Origin: Thermoplasmata archaeon
Lineage (GTDB): Archaea > Thermoplasmatota > Thermoplasmata > UBA10834 > DTMW01
Length of the DNA stretch: 64,000 nucleotides
Direction of reading: 5' to 3'
Assembly: GCA_038852105.1 (NCBI GenBank)
Contig: JAWCKK010000003.1
Location: 68,819 to 132,818 of the forward strand
Below the pieces are notes generated by a model that worked only from the letters and a program-made list of their open reading frames with translations, was not told where the DNA came from and did no database searches. Within the stretch, counting starts at the first letter, position 1, and every line of letters starts with the position of its first letter. Below, in pieces: positions 10,054-20,321 of this stretch. The translations under genes and the position numbers were made by a program.

Positions 10054-11661
10054 CTATTCGCCTCCGAAGAAGCCTCGCAGCACTGGATGCATCTCCATCA
10101 TCTGTTCTCTGCCCATCGCCTCGTAGAAGTTGATGAGGATGCCCACGCAAAGCAGGACTCCTGTCCCGCTCGCGTTTCCGACAGTTCCTATCAGATCCGC
10201 GCCGGAAGAAAGAGCGCCCACCGTCGCTCCGCTGATGACCGTAACCACCGGGATGTATCTTTCGAGCACCCGGCGCAGCACGCGAGGATCTCTTCTGAAC
10301 CCTGGTATCTGCATCCCGCTGGATTCTATCTGCGATGCGACGGCCTCCGGGCCCATGTTCGTCGTCTCTATCCAGAACTTGGCGAACATGACAGAGCCTA
10401 TTATCATGACGCTGACATAAATCAGCACATGAGCGATTATCTGCTCCCTCGAATGGCCGGTCCCAAGCTGGCGGAGATAAGAATCGCTGAGTAGCGGCAG
10501 CAGCCAGTCTCCAACACCATTGACGGTTGAAAGGTAATATGCAAGGCCTCCCATGACCCGCAGCTGGTTGCTGCCGGGATCAGCCTCATAGAATCCGAGC
10601 ATCCAATTATGCCCCAGAATCGGCCAATTCATGAAGCTCGGATGCTGCCAGAACAGCATGGAGAACATGCTCACGTTTGCAAGCAGTGCGGCCATGAGGA
10701 TGACGGGGATGTTCGATGCGTAGATCAGCTTTATCGGATACCTGCCCCTTGCCCCTCTCGCCCCTCCGTGTGCCAGAGGCAGCTCTATCCTCGAGGACTC
10801 CGCATATGTGACGAACAGGAATATGACGATTGTCCCGATCAGGGCAATCAGCGGGTTGGGGTTCTGGAGCATTATCCGTTCGAACCCGCCACCGGAGATC
10901 TGAAGGGCGGGATAGTTCGTCCAAAGGTAGATGACCTTCGGTATCGTGCCCACTGGAGGGTTATCGACGCTCATAGGTTCGGAAGAGCTCACAGCGTTCC
11001 AGTTCAATGTTCCTGTGAAAATCGCCTGCGATACTCCTGCGGCTATGAACAGGCTTACTCCGCTCCCTATCCCCCATTTCGAGACGACCTCGTCCATCAG
11101 GAATACGAGGTAGGAGCCCGCGAACAGCTGAAGGACTATGAGCAATCTTGCCAGGGAGTCCCCTGACATGAAGGGGAGCACGCCTTCCATGTTCCCTATG
11201 AATTTCGCCGAAGGCACGAGGAATCCGAAGACCTGCGGGACGGCCTCGACGAATATCATGATTATTACGAGGAATTTCTGAGTCCCTTGGTACATCGCCT
11301 TGTCGTCGGCGTCCTTCAGGTTGAGCTTGATTATCTTCGCACCGGTGAACAGCTGCATGATAATCGAACCGGTGACTATCGGTCCGATACCGAGGTGCAT
11401 CAGCGAGAACTGCGCTCCCGCAAGTATCGCCCTGTACTGAGCGAAAAGGTCGAGGTTGCTCGCCTGATCAAGCCCGTAGATCATGATGTTCGTCATGGCA
11501 AAATACAGAACTAGCACCAGGATGACCCACATCATCTTGGTCCTGAAGTGCACGTGTCCTTCCGGCTTCTTGACCGCCGGGAGCCTATCAGTAATCGGCT
11601 TCAGCTTATACAGCAGGCTCTTCTTTTCTTCTGCCATGCTTACCAGTCCGATTCTCTTCAA
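10054..11661 (-). CDS. secY: Preprotein translocase subunit SecY
   Basis: Ten-TM SecY fold signature; 535-aa ORF; follows uL15. Confidence 0.9.
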   Translation of the reverse strand: MKRIGLVSMAEEKKSLLYKLKPITDRLPAVKKPEGHVHFRTKMMWVILVLVLYFAMTNIMIYGLDQASNLDLFAQYRAILAGAQFSLMHLGIGPIVTGSIIMQLFTGAKIIKLNLKDADDKAMYQGTQKFLVIIMIFVEAVPQVFGFLVPSAKFIGNMEGVLPFMSGDSLARLLIVLQLFAGSYLVFLMDEVVSKWGIGSGVSLFIAAGVSQAIFTGTLNWNAVSSSEPMSVDNPPVGTIPKVIYLWTNYPALQISGGGFERIMLQNPNPLIALIGTIVIFLFVTYAESSRIELPLAHGGARGARGRYPIKLIYASNIPVILMAALLANVSMFSMLFWQHPSFMNWPILGHNWMLGFYEADPGSNQLRVMGGLAYYLSTVNGVGDWLLPLLSDSYLRQLGTGHSREQIIAHVLIYVSVMIIGSVMFAKFWIETTNMGPEAVASQIESSGMQIPGFRRDPRVLRRVLERYIPVVTVISGATVGALSSGADLIGTVGNASGTGVLLCVGILINFYEAMGREQMMEMHPVLRGFFGGE

Positions 11662-11709
11662 ATCATTTCTGCGTCTGTGCTTCCTCGTGAGTTCAATTGC
11701 GATTGCGAA

Positions 11710-12144
11710 TCATTCAATTATCAGTTTTCCGCCTATCTTCTCCAGCTTCTGCTTGGCTTTCTGCGAGGCCTGATCGACTATGACATCGACAGCAGTGGCA
11801 ATTTTCCCAGAGCCGAGCAGCTTGTCGATTCCGAGCTTCCTCAAGTCGACGACCAATCTTCCCTGTTTGGATTCCGCTATCCCTTTGGACTTCATCGATT
11901 CCAGATTGAGTTCAAGTTCTGACAGGTTCATTGTTCGGTTTTCGGAGACCACCGATTGAGGTCTCTTGAAGCCGTGCCTGCCGAAATAATCAGGCATGTA
12001 CTTCACGACCGAGATGTACTTGTGCTTGTGCAGGCCAGCATTTCCTCTTCCGCCGTGCAGGCCCGCTCCTCTGCCCGCCTTTTTGCCGCGCCCGTGTGTC
12101 CTGCTGCCCCTGAACTTGCTCGTTCTGCTGACCATTCGCCTCAC
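11710..12144 (-). CDS. rpl15: 50S ribosomal protein uL15
   Basis: Gly/Arg-rich N-terminus GRGKKAGRGAGLHGGRGNAG. Confidence 0.9.
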   Translation of the reverse strand: MRRMVSRTSKFRGSRTHGRGKKAGRGAGLHGGRGNAGLHKHKYISVVKYMPDYFGRHGFKRPQSVVSENRTMNLSELELNLESMKSKGIAESKQGRLVVDLRKLGIDKLLGSGKIATAVDVIVDQASQKAKQKLEKIGGKLIIE

Positions 12145-12629
12145 TCTCCCTTCAACGGCACAATCATGCGTTCGAGGAGCGCCTCGATGTCCTTACCCCT
12201 GTAGCCCAGCGAGCCGCCCATCGGGTAGGATTTCTTGACGTTCTCGTATCCGCCCCGCGGCGGGTGCAGGCGAATCACAGGCTGAAGGTTCTTCACGCTG
12301 CTGAGGGTCGCCTCATCTTCTTGGATGGCCTTCGCAAATGAAAGGACGGACTTGTACTTCTCGCTGTTCTGCTTGACGAAATCGTCGTTCACTTTCCCTC
12401 TCTTTCCCACTGGCTCTCCTCTTTTTATGAGGATCTTCGCAATCATTTCTGCCGAGACCTCTCCCCATGTGATGTAATCCTTCGCGGCCTCGAGCATCCC
12501 CTTCATTGTGGGGTCCTGGCGGACAAACACCAGATGATTGATTCTGTTCAACCTGAGCTGTCTTAGCGTCCTCTTCACGCGCTCCCCAGCCTGCTCGCTG
12601 CCTCTGACTCGCACGACGGCGAAAGCCAA
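12141..12629 (-). CDS. rpl30: 50S ribosomal protein uL30
   Basis: AVVRVRG...TLRQLRL motif; 162 aa, archaeal length. Confidence 0.85.
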   Translation of the reverse strand: MAFAVVRVRGSEQAGERVKRTLRQLRLNRINHLVFVRQDPTMKGMLEAAKDYITWGEVSAEMIAKILIKRGEPVGKRGKVNDDFVKQNSEKYKSVLSFAKAIQEDEATLSSVKNLQPVIRLHPPRGGYENVKKSYPMGGSLGYRGKDIEALLERMIVPLKGE

Positions 12630-12630
12630 T

Positions 12631-13386
12631 TCACTCGACCCCCTTGTCTATTTCCTTCTGGTCAGGGATATCCTCCGTGGTATCATTTGCCGGCTCTTCT
12701 GCGGCAGCCTCCGCCCGAGCAGCCTCGGTCGCAGGAGCGATATGCAGGCCAACCGACCCGGAAACGATTTTCAGTCTTTCCTTCTGCTCGTCGGTCACCT
12801 TGATGAGCACGGTCTGCTTTAGAGCCTCAAAGGCCGCGAGCGAGTAATTGATCGTGGTCTTCGAGTGGCCTTGGGTCATTCCCCAGGCATCGGATATGCC
12901 GGCCATCTGCAGAATGCTTTTAGCGATATCGCCGACCGCAAGCCCGGTGCCCCGCGGCGCCGCTCTGAGCGTGACAACGACCGATCCCACCTTCCCGGTG
13001 ACGGTGAACGGCAGCGAGTGCGGAGTCATACATCCGCATTCCCAAGAACCGCAGCCTCTCTTCACTTCGATGACGTTGAGCTTCGCGTTCTCGATCGCCT
13101 TTCTTATCGCAGGTCCGACCTCTTTCCCCTTGGCTCGTCCGACGCCGACGAAACCGTCTCTGTTGCCGACGACCACGGTTATGGCGAACTTGACTCGCCT
13201 GCCCGAATCGGTCATCCGCTGGACCATGTTCACATCTAAAACTTCATCGGCCAGATCCGGCAAGAGAATGTCGACGATCTCGGGCTCCCTTATCGGCAAT
13301 CTACTTCTGAGAGCATCGCTCATTGTTGTTATTTTTCCTTCCGCAACAAGCTTTCCGAGGCGGGTCTTCGGTACCCATTCTGCCAT
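12631..13386 (-). CDS. rps5: 30S ribosomal protein uS5, with a C-terminal extension
   Basis: S5 dsRBD and C-terminal domains; an extra acidic, Ala-rich tail of about 40 aa. Confidence 0.9.
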   Translation of the reverse strand: MAEWVPKTRLGKLVAEGKITTMSDALRSRLPIREPEIVDILLPDLADEVLDVNMVQRMTDSGRRVKFAITVVVGNRDGFVGVGRAKGKEVGPAIRKAIENAKLNVIEVKRGCGSWECGCMTPHSLPFTVTGKVGSVVVTLRAAPRGTGLAVGDIAKSILQMAGISDAWGMTQGHSKTTINYSLAAFEALKQTVLIKVTDEQKERLKIVSGSVGLHIAPATEAARAEAAAEEPANDTTEDIPDQKEIDKGVE

Positions 13387-13895
13387 TATGAGTCGCCTCC
13401 TTCCTGCAATTTCGATTTTATCTCGCTGAATTTAGACTGCGTTTTCTCCGAGAGATGTTTGCCCGAGATTCTATCGTCGTTCGGCAGCACCTCCTCGTCA
13501 TGCGGCACGGAAACGCCCGCATCGAGCATCCCCTTGAGCGCGGCGAACACGACAGAGCCCTTGGCCGGCACGTGACGGCCTATGTCGAGCACAGCCTCTT
13601 CGATCCCGGCCTTCTTGCATCTTCGACCCGCCATCAGGCCGGTGAGATATCCCGCGGGAGTGTTATCGAAATTGCCCTCCCAGCCGAACTCAGCGAGCTC
13701 CTTTGAGAAGGCCGATGCGATTATCTTATCGCCAGAATCGAGGTAATCCGCGACCTGTACCCTGACGTGCTTGTTGCTCTTTCTCACTATGATCCGAGGC
13801 AATCCCCCGGTGATGAGCGCCTTTCTCGACCTGTAATCCGTGATGTTCTTCCTCCGACGCTTCATCGGAACTCTGTATCTAGGACCGCTACCCAT
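13386..13895 (-). CDS. rpl18: 50S ribosomal protein uL18
   Basis: Conserved N-terminus [17 protein letters not shown]. Confidence 0.9.
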   Translation of the reverse strand: MGSGPRYRVPMKRRRKNITDYRSRKALITGGLPRIIVRKSNKHVRVQVADYLDSGDKIIASAFSKELAEFGWEGNFDNTPAGYLTGLMAGRRCKKAGIEEAVLDIGRHVPAKGSVVFAALKGMLDAGVSVPHDEEVLPNDDRISGKHLSEKTQSKFSEIKSKLQEGGDS

Positions 13896-13899
13896 GCGC

Positions 13900-14358
13900 T
13901 CATCCCTCCTTCAGATGCCCTTCGGTTTTCAGATGGCTGTCAAGGTGCGCGATGTTTCTGAACATGCCGCCCTTCGCCTTCCTGTAGTATTCCCTATAGA
14001 TTGCTTTCGTGATCCTGCCTTCATCTCTGTGCTCCCTGAGCCTTCTCCTGAGCGCCCTGATGGTCTGCTCCCAGTGCTTCTTCGTGGGTCTTCTGGCGTT
14101 CGCAGTACCTTTCCTGCTGCCATGCCCCTTCCTCCTGCCTTTCGCTTTCTGGGACTCGGCATGCCTGGCTCTCCCTCTGGAAACCCCTTTTTCGGGAGCG
14201 ACCGCAATTGTTCCGGAGGCGATGAGCGTCCTGATGTCCGCGCGGGTTATGCTATCCTCTATGTCCTCCAGTCGGTTCGGATCCATCCAGACCCGGTTTT
14301 CTCCGCATTTCAGTATCTGGGCGGCCATCCTTCGCTGGTTCTTCAGGTTCACGTTCAT
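13900..14358 (-). CDS. rpl19e: 50S ribosomal protein eL19
   Basis: MNVNLKNQRRMAAQILKCG N-terminus typical of L19e. Confidence 0.9.
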   Translation of the reverse strand: MNVNLKNQRRMAAQILKCGENRVWMDPNRLEDIEDSITRADIRTLIASGTIAVAPEKGVSRGRARHAESQKAKGRRKGHGSRKGTANARRPTKKHWEQTIRALRRRLREHRDEGRITKAIYREYYRKAKGGMFRNIAHLDSHLKTEGHLKEG

Positions 14359-15140
14359 CCACCCCTGTTCAGGACGCGTATCCCCAGCTCGTCCGCCTTT
14401 TCTATTATCTGGTTTCTCTTCCTCTGACCCACTGTATGTGCAATCCTGACGGCCTGTCTATCCGCATCTTCGACCTTCGATAGGTCGTTCACGTTGCAGA
14501 CCCTGATTTCCTCGAATCCCGACGGGTGAAGCCCTCTCGCAGTCTTCGGGCCCCTGTACCCGACCGAGACCATCGGTCTCCGGTACCGCATCTTCATCCG
14601 CGTCTTCGAGTGTATCCCTCTCGGCTTCCTCCAGCCCGTTTCAAGCTTCTTGTATCTGCCGTATTCCTGGCGATAGAATTCAGGCCTCGAGCCGTCTATC
14701 CGTGCTCTTTTCAAAAGGGCATCTTTCAATTCCGGAGAGATCTTCGGTTTCTTCTTCGGAACGTAGGCCCCTTCTTCGACTATTTCGACCTCTTCCTCTG
14801 GGACGGCCCCTTCTTTTTCTTCTTTCCCCTCTTCCGAAGGCTCCTCTTTTGTTTTCTTCTCGGTCTTCTTCGGTTTCTTCTTTTTTTCTGCCGGGGCCTC
14901 CTTTTCAGCCTCGGCTTTCTTCTCTGGTTCGATTTCCAGGAGTTCTTCCCATTGCTTCACCGTCTTTGGGCCAATTCCCTTAAGCTCGGGATGAATCGAG
15001 TCCCACTTTTCCTTATCCCTTATTACCTCGAGCAGCTTTTCGGGCGTTGCTATGCCGTGCTTCTCCAATACTTTGAGGTGCTCCTCGTTCATATGCGGGA
15101 GCTCCCTGATTCTCTCGCTGATTTTCTCTTCGGGGCTCAT
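14355..15140 (-). CDS. rpl32e: 50S ribosomal protein eL32 with an N-terminal helix-hairpin-helix domain and a K/E-rich linker
   Basis: C-terminal L32e core (WRKPRGIHSKTR...). The first ~110 residues are an HhH-like domain followed by a low-complexity KE-rich stretch. Confidence 0.85.
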   Translation of the reverse strand: MSPEEKISERIRELPHMNEEHLKVLEKHGIATPEKLLEVIRDKEKWDSIHPELKGIGPKTVKQWEELLEIEPEKKAEAEKEAPAEKKKKPKKTEKKTKEEPSEEGKEEKEGAVPEEEVEIVEEGAYVPKKKPKISPELKDALLKRARIDGSRPEFYRQEYGRYKKLETGWRKPRGIHSKTRMKMRYRRPMVSVGYRGPKTARGLHPSGFEEIRVCNVNDLSKVEDADRQAVRIAHTVGQRKRNQIIEKADELGIRVLNRGG

Positions 15141-15700
15141 CTCGTCCCCCTCCAGCCCTTTGACGTGATGTAAATGCCGTCCTGGAACACCCTTGGGTCG
15201 AATCCCTTGATCTTCGTCGCCAGCTCGATGTTAGCCGCGGTCTGCCCGACGTCTTCGATGTTTATGCCCGTGAGCGTTATCTCGTCTCCCTTGACCGTGA
15301 TTTTGGTGTCTCCCACGATCTTCGTCTTCCTGGGGCTTCTCTCTCCCAGGAAATTCTCGATGACGAACATGTTTCCCTTCACGGAGGCCTTTATCGGAAA
15401 GTGACTGTAGACAATCTTCATCTTGTACTCGTAGCCAGAAATGACCCCGTGTATCATGTTCAAGATATGGGATTCAATGGTTCCGACCATTGCCTTGTCC
15501 CTGATACGCGGATACTCGCATACGACGGCGTATTTCGAGCCCTCTTTCTTGATTATCTTGATTCTCCTGAGGTCGAATTGCCTTGAAAGGGTTCCTTTCG
15601 GGCCCTTGACCGAGACGGTGTTCCCCGAGACGCTCAGCTGGACGTTGGCCGGCACCTCGAACTCCCGTTCTATGATTCCTGCGATTGACATGATTCTCAC
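15137..15700 (-). CDS. rpl6: 50S ribosomal protein uL6
   Basis: Two alpha/beta L6 repeats; conserved operon order. Confidence 0.9.
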   Translation of the reverse strand: MRIMSIAGIIEREFEVPANVQLSVSGNTVSVKGPKGTLSRQFDLRRIKIIKKEGSKYAVVCEYPRIRDKAMVGTIESHILNMIHGVISGYEYKMKIVYSHFPIKASVKGNMFVIENFLGERSPRKTKIVGDTKITVKGDEITLTGINIEDVGQTAANIELATKIKGFDPRVFQDGIYITSKGWRGTR

Positions 15701-15701
15701 C

Positions 15702-16091
15702 TCAGTAGACGTACGCCAGTAGCTTTCCGCCTATTCCAAGCTCCTTTGCCTTCACGTTCGACATCACGCCCTTCGTTGTCGTGAGTATCAGCACGCCGAA
15801 GTCTTGGGCGGGCAAGTACCTCGCTTCGTATTTCTCCATCTCGGCGACCTTCACCGAGTACCTCGGACGAATGACGCCGCATTCGTTGATATGGCCGTTC
15901 AACACTACTCTGTACTTACCGGCTTTGTTATCCTCAATCAGCTCGAACTGCTTGATGTAGCTGTTCTCCTCCAGGACCTTGAGCACTCGGCCTATGAGCT
16001 TCGAGGAAGGGGCGATGATGCAGCTTCCCTTGCCGACTTTCTCTGCGTTCCGAATGCAGGACATCGCATCATTGAGCGGATCGTGTTGCAT
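15702..16091 (-). CDS. rps8: 30S ribosomal protein uS8
   Basis: MQHDPLNDAMSCIRNAE N-terminus; 129 aa. Confidence 0.9.
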   Translation of the reverse strand: MQHDPLNDAMSCIRNAEKVGKGSCIIAPSSKLIGRVLKVLEENSYIKQFELIEDNKAGKYRVVLNGHINECGVIRPRYSVKVAEMEKYEARYLPAQDFGVLILTTTKGVMSNVKAKELGIGGKLLAYVY

Positions 16092-16106
16092 CCTCTCTCA
16101 CGCTCC

Positions 16107-16253
16107 TCACGAATACTTCCTGAAGCCGATCTGGGGGGCGATTTCCCTGAAGCATTGCCTGCAGAGATGCATCCCGTAGCGTCTGATGATTCCGCGTTTC
16201 CGACCGCATCTCACGCAGCCTTCCACTCGACCGAACTTCTTCTTTGGCTTCAT
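16107..16253 (-). CDS. rps14: 30S ribosomal protein uS14 (zinc-binding type Z)
   Basis: Manual translation of the minus strand gives [48 protein letters not shown] (48 aa, CxxC...CxxC). The ORF track misses it because it is under 60 aa. Its ATG overlaps the uL5 stop as ATGA. Confidence 0.85.
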   Translation of the reverse strand: MKPKKKFGRVEGCVRCGRKRGIIRRYGMHLCRQCFREIAPQIGFRKYS

Positions 16254-16765
16254 TCGACCACCTCGATGCCGAACTTGGTCTTCACGAATTCTATGCCCTC
16301 TTCTTTCGTGACTCTATGATGAGCAGGAATCCTCCTCGTCAATCTTCTCCTCTGGGAGATTCTCTTTCCACGTCTCTTCAAAGTGACCGTGACATCCATT
16401 CCGAATATCCCGATCTCGGGGTCGTATTTCACACCCTCGAAATCCGTGTAATCCGGTATTCCAAACGAGAAATTCCCTTCAGGATCAAAGGAGTACTCAG
16501 CAATCTTGTTATTTCTTGTCCAGAAAGCTTTCTTCAGGAATTCCTCCGCGGACTCCTTCCTTAGGGTCACCTTGCATCCGATCTCCATGCCCGGCCTGAT
16601 GCCGAAATCGCGATTCGTGCGCTTCGCCTTGGTCAATACCGGCTTCTGATGCGTCAGCATCTCGAGTATCTTCTTCGCCTTGAGCAGGCGCTCGCCCGCC
16701 TCTCCGACACCGATGTTCACGGTGACCTTCTCGAGGAGCACCTCGCGCATTATGTTGTCGCTCAT
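16250..16765 (-). CDS. rpl5: 50S ribosomal protein uL5
   Basis: Conserved L5 fold sequence; 171 aa. Confidence 0.9.
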   Translation of the reverse strand: MSDNIMREVLLEKVTVNIGVGEAGERLLKAKKILEMLTHQKPVLTKAKRTNRDFGIRPGMEIGCKVTLRKESAEEFLKKAFWTRNNKIAEYSFDPEGNFSFGIPDYTDFEGVKYDPEIGIFGMDVTVTLKRRGKRISQRRRLTRRIPAHHRVTKEEGIEFVKTKFGIEVVE

Positions 16766-17472
16766 AATGCGCTCCCCTCCAGCATCTTGATTTCAGGGGT
16801 TCTCTCGCCGACAACGAATACATTGTCCCAGGTGGTCGAGAAGCCCTCCTTGAAACCCACGAGGTTCTGAGCAGAGCCACGCTTGATCGTGAATGATTCG
16901 ACAGTCACAAGGCTTCCGGGATGCGAGCCGGCGACGAGCAGAGCCAGGCTTCCTTCCTTCAACGGGATTTGCTTCAGTATCTTCTGCGAAGGCAGCTCGA
17001 TTTTCAGCACATCCCCGGTCTTATACTGGTTCTTCGGTATCAGTATGTTCCTCCCGTCGTGAAGATTCAGCTGGAACACGCCGTTTCTCACTATTGTCTT
17101 GTTCTGGATTCTGACGAGCTTGACCTTCGCCTCCTCAGGAGAAATCGTCGTCAATTTCATCCTGCCGTGCGTGTCGAGCAGCATGCGATAGTTCTGTCCG
17201 GTCTTTGATATGGTCACGGTATCCATAAGTCCGACGGGGAATTTCTCGTCCGTAACAATCCTCCCGTCGACAAGCACGCCTCTAGTGGAAAGTATGTGTC
17301 TAGCTTCTCTCAGATTGTCGCATATTTTCAGCATGTCTCGCAGCACTATCGCCATAGGGACGCTCGACGCGGTCGCGTGAGGTCCAGGTCTGGGCTTGGG
17401 CACCCAGGTGCTCGTCTTCCTCGGAATCCCCCAGCTCTTCGGAGCGACCAATCTTTTCATGTGCTTGCTCAT
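16762..17472 (-). CDS. rps4e: 30S ribosomal protein eS4
   Basis: MSKHMKRLVAPKSW N-terminus, S4 and KOW domains. Confidence 0.9.
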   Translation of the reverse strand: MSKHMKRLVAPKSWGIPRKTSTWVPKPRPGPHATASSVPMAIVLRDMLKICDNLREARHILSTRGVLVDGRIVTDEKFPVGLMDTVTISKTGQNYRMLLDTHGRMKLTTISPEEAKVKLVRIQNKTIVRNGVFQLNLHDGRNILIPKNQYKTGDVLKIELPSQKILKQIPLKEGSLALLVAGSHPGSLVTVESFTIKRGSAQNLVGFKEGFSTTWDNVFVVGERTPEIKMLEGSAL

Positions 17473-17849
17473 TTCGCCCCCTCCTTGAGCTTCTCGAGTT
17501 TCGCTTTCCTTACCGGGTCCGAAAGATCCAATTTAGTGATTATGCAATTCGACGGGTCGACGGGCCTTGCTTTCTGCGTCCCGTCCGCCTTGGCAATCGT
17601 GATTCCGTCCAGGGTAAGCTTCTTGCTTCTGAGGTCGACATTGGAGACCTTCGCTTCGACTCCTTTTATCCCTTCCGAGCCGCGAATTATCTTCACAGTG
17701 TCACCTTTCCTGACAGGGACCGACCTCGTGTTGTATTCGTTCATCAACTGTCTCTCGAGGTGACAAGAGACCATCCTGTGACGCGCATGGAGAGGTGCGT
17801 TTGCCTGCATCTTTCTCTGCTTTCTCGGCATCTTGCTGGTGACGCGCAT
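17469..17849 (-). CDS. rpl24: 50S ribosomal protein uL24
   Basis: KOW motif VRKGDTVKIIRGSEGIKG. Confidence 0.85.
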   Translation of the reverse strand: MRVTSKMPRKQRKMQANAPLHARHRMVSCHLERQLMNEYNTRSVPVRKGDTVKIIRGSEGIKGVEAKVSNVDLRSKKLTLDGITIAKADGTQKARPVDPSNCIITKLDLSDPVRKAKLEKLKEGAK

Positions 17850-17861
17850 TTTCCTTCCCCC

Positions 17862-18260
17862 TCAGATTATCATCGAGGCCGTTGCCGCGATTCTCGGCCA
17901 TCTCTCGGCGGCCTCTCGCGCGACGGGTCCCTTGATGTCGGTACCTTTAGTCTCCCCTGTCTCTGTCGTTATCACCGCGGCGTTGTCCTCGAACTGGACT
18001 ATCGTCCCGTCGGCCCTCCTGAACGGGCGTCGCTGTCTGACGATCACCGCGTTCACTACCTGTCGCCTCATCTCCGGCGTGCCTTTCTTGACACTGGCAA
18101 TCACAAGATCTCCTATGCCTGCGCTCGGGTACCGTCTCCTGGTCCCGTGGTATTTCGGGACGGCAATGACCGATATCACCTTTGCGCCGGTGTTGTCTAT
18201 GCAGACCAGCTGCGCTCCTGTCGGAAGCCCTCTCTTCTGCCTGCCTGGTAGCCCCTTCAT
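17862..18260 (-). CDS. rpl14: 50S ribosomal protein uL14
   Basis: Start chosen at the internal ATG (MKGLPGRQ) one spacer after uS17; conserved L14 core. Confidence 0.9.
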   Translation of the reverse strand: MKGLPGRQKRGLPTGAQLVCIDNTGAKVISVIAVPKYHGTRRRYPSAGIGDLVIASVKKGTPEMRRQVVNAVIVRQRRPFRRADGTIVQFEDNAAVITTETGETKGTDIKGPVAREAAERWPRIAATASMII

Positions 18261-18265
18261 CGGAA

Positions 18266-18625
18266 TCACGCCCTCCTCTCGATGACCACGAATGAGACAT
18301 TCTTTGCCAACGGCCTGCATTCCATGATTCTGACCCTATCTCCCATTTGAAGCTTCATGCACGGGGGAGCATGAGCGAAGTATCTGCTCGTCCTCTTCTC
18401 GTACCTCTCGAACTTTGAGATGTATCTCAGGTATTCCCTCTGGACGATGACGGTTCCCTGCATCCGTGTCGAGACAACCGTCCCGTCTATCATCGCGCCT
18501 CTCACGGGCAACGTCCCGTGGAACGGGCAATATTCGTCCGAACACGAACCAGTCGGTGCCTTGACGTCGACGCCGATGTCCCGTGCCGCCTTCTCCTTCG
18601 TCTTTCGTGCTGCCATTATGATCAC
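18266..18625 (-). CDS. rps17: 30S ribosomal protein uS17
   Basis: OB-fold S17 sequence; conserved position. Confidence 0.9.
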   Translation of the reverse strand: MIIMAARKTKEKAARDIGVDVKAPTGSCSDEYCPFHGTLPVRGAMIDGTVVSTRMQGTVIVQREYLRYISKFERYEKRTSRYFAHAPPCMKLQMGDRVRIMECRPLAKNVSFVVIERRA

Positions 18626-18634
18626 CTTGAATCG

Positions 18635-18901
18635 TCATTTCACGCGCTTTACGCGGTCCTCCGGTTTGAACTCGATTTCCGATCCCCTCACCCGTTCTTT
18701 TCTTCCCATATCGTCGAACTCGAACACGCAGCTCGCCTTGGGAACTTTTCTCTCCCTCCCATCGGATTCGATGACCAGCATCCTTCGGGTCTCATCGACC
18801 ACGCGGCCCCGAAGACCGACGTATCCCGGGTGAGTGGACGAAACGATTTCGACATTCAGACCTATCAGCTCATGTCTCCTCAGTTCTCCTCTCGGCCTCA
18901 T
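18635..18901 (-). CDS. rnp1: RNase P protein component 1 (Rpp29/Pop4)
   Basis: ELIGLNVEIV..GRVVDETRRMLVIE Sm-like Rpp29 motif; canonical position between sui1/uL29 and uS17. Confidence 0.8.
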   Translation of the reverse strand: MRPRGELRRHELIGLNVEIVSSTHPGYVGLRGRVVDETRRMLVIESDGRERKVPKASCVFEFDDMGRKERVRGSEIEFKPEDRVKRVK

Positions 18902-18907
18902 TGACTA

Positions 18908-19207
18908 TCATCTTGTGTCGACCGTGAAGCCCATCTCGGTGAGCGTTTCCTTCACCTTCTTCTTGTGGTCGCCCTGCAGCTCAATCCGGCCATCCTTGTA
19001 CGTCCCGCCCGCGGCGCATTTGCTCTTCAGCTTGCGCGCGAGCTCTTCGAGATCGATGTCCGCCGAGTTGAACCCCTCGACGACAGTGACGACCTTTCCG
19101 TATCTTCTGGTGTCGGTGTATATCCGGATCTGCTGTTGCTCCCGGGCGATCTCCTCGCACATGCACAGCTCTTTAGGTAGCCCACAAACCGAGCAGATTG
19201 TAGCCAT
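18908..19207 (-). CDS. sui1: Translation initiation factor aIF1/SUI1
   Basis: N-terminal Cys pairs plus the SUI1 fold; 99 aa. Confidence 0.9.
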   Translation of the reverse strand: MATICSVCGLPKELCMCEEIAREQQQIRIYTDTRRYGKVVTVVEGFNSADIDLEELARKLKSKCAAGGTYKDGRIELQGDHKKKVKETLTEMGFTVDTR

Positions 19208-19452
19208 TAAGCATTCTCCTCCTGACCTTTCCTGCCTCCTTCTTTTTCCTTCTTGATCTCCAATTCACGTATGACAGTCCTTATTCTGGCGACGTTTGTC
19301 CTCAAGGCCCGAAGTCTCCCAGGGCTCGGAGGCGCGCCTCCCATCGCGGCCACTCCGCGCTCGTGCATCAGCTCATCCTCTAGCGCCTCGAGTTTCTCTT
19401 TCAGCTCATCTGGGCGCATCGCCCTGATGTCCTTCATCTTCAGCAAGGCCAT
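19207..19452 (-). CDS. rpl29: 50S ribosomal protein uL29
   Basis: Start chosen at the internal ATG ([17 protein letters not shown]) just after the uS3 stop; L29 coiled helix. Confidence 0.8.
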   Translation of the reverse strand: MALLKMKDIRAMRPDELKEKLEALEDELMHERGVAAMGGAPPSPGRLRALRTNVARIRTVIRELEIKKEKEGGRKGQEENA

Positions 19453-19456
19453 CGTT

Positions 19457-20305
19457 CTACTCCTCCTTCTCCGGTTCCTCATCGGAGTCGCCTTCATTCT
19501 TTGATTCATCCTCAGGCGCCTGCTCATCCGATTTCGCTTCTTCCGTTACAGGCTCCGCGCCTGTCTTTTCGGGCGCAGCTTCCGCGGACGGAGCAGGTGC
19601 CGGTTCGGGTTCGGGCGATTCGCTCTCCTCCGAGGCCGCGATAGAAAGCTCTTCTTTCGTCGAGAGTTCTCCCGGAGAGCCCGCCTCGAGAGATGTTGCA
19701 GTGGCGGTCGGCTGGGCAGTAACCAAGACGTCGTCAGGGAGCCTCGCATTCGGGTCCATTATCCAAACCTTCACGCCGATTATCCCGGGCTTGAGCCTTG
19801 CGGCGGTGTAGCCCTCTCTCATGAACATCAATTTCGGATGCCCGCAATATTTTATGTGCCCCTCCCTGAACTTCTCGGTCCTGTGTCTCTGACCGGTCAA
19901 TTTGCCCGAGAGTATCACCTGGCATCCTTTGGCCCCGGAGTCCATAATCCTCCTGACTATCGAGTGCCCCGCGCGCCTGAAGTGCCAGCCGCGCTCGAGC
20001 GCGGTCGCGAGCTTCTCCGACATTATCTGCGCGTTCAGGCTGGGGTTGTTTTCTTGCTGAACCTCGATTTGCGGGTTATTGAACTTGAAGTCCTGTTCTA
20101 TTGCCTTTGTCAGAGCCTTGATTGCGGCTCCCCTTCGGCCAATGACGAGCCCGGGGCGCTCCGTGATGAGAGTCACTCTCGTGCCCATCGGAGTCCTTTG
20201 GATATCGAGCCCTCCGAAGCCAGCACGGTCCAGCTGCTTCATCATGTATTCCTTGAGCAGTATTCTCTTGATGTTCTCGGTTACGAACTTTCTCTCCGTT
20301 GCCAT
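19457..20305 (-). CDS. rps3: 30S ribosomal protein uS3 with a C-terminal acidic tail of about 90 aa
   Basis: KH and S3-C domains. The tail is rich in E, P, A and S (…EPEPAPAPSAEAA…EEPEKEE). Start at MATERKFV. Confidence 0.9.
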   Translation of the reverse strand: MATERKFVTENIKRILLKEYMMKQLDRAGFGGLDIQRTPMGTRVTLITERPGLVIGRRGAAIKALTKAIEQDFKFNNPQIEVQQENNPSLNAQIMSEKLATALERGWHFRRAGHSIVRRIMDSGAKGCQVILSGKLTGQRHRTEKFREGHIKYCGHPKLMFMREGYTAARLKPGIIGVKVWIMDPNARLPDDVLVTAQPTATATSLEAGSPGELSTKEELSIAASEESESPEPEPAPAPSAEAAPEKTGAEPVTEEAKSDEQAPEDESKNEGDSDEEPEKEE

Positions 20306-20321
20306 GATACCAGCTCCGCGC

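Noticed and set aside
9462-10494. A cluster of plus-strand ORFs opposite the DUF106 gene and the secY 3' end
   Set aside because: They are antisense to conserved operon genes, overlap one another in several frames, and are rich in His and Arg. They are artefacts.
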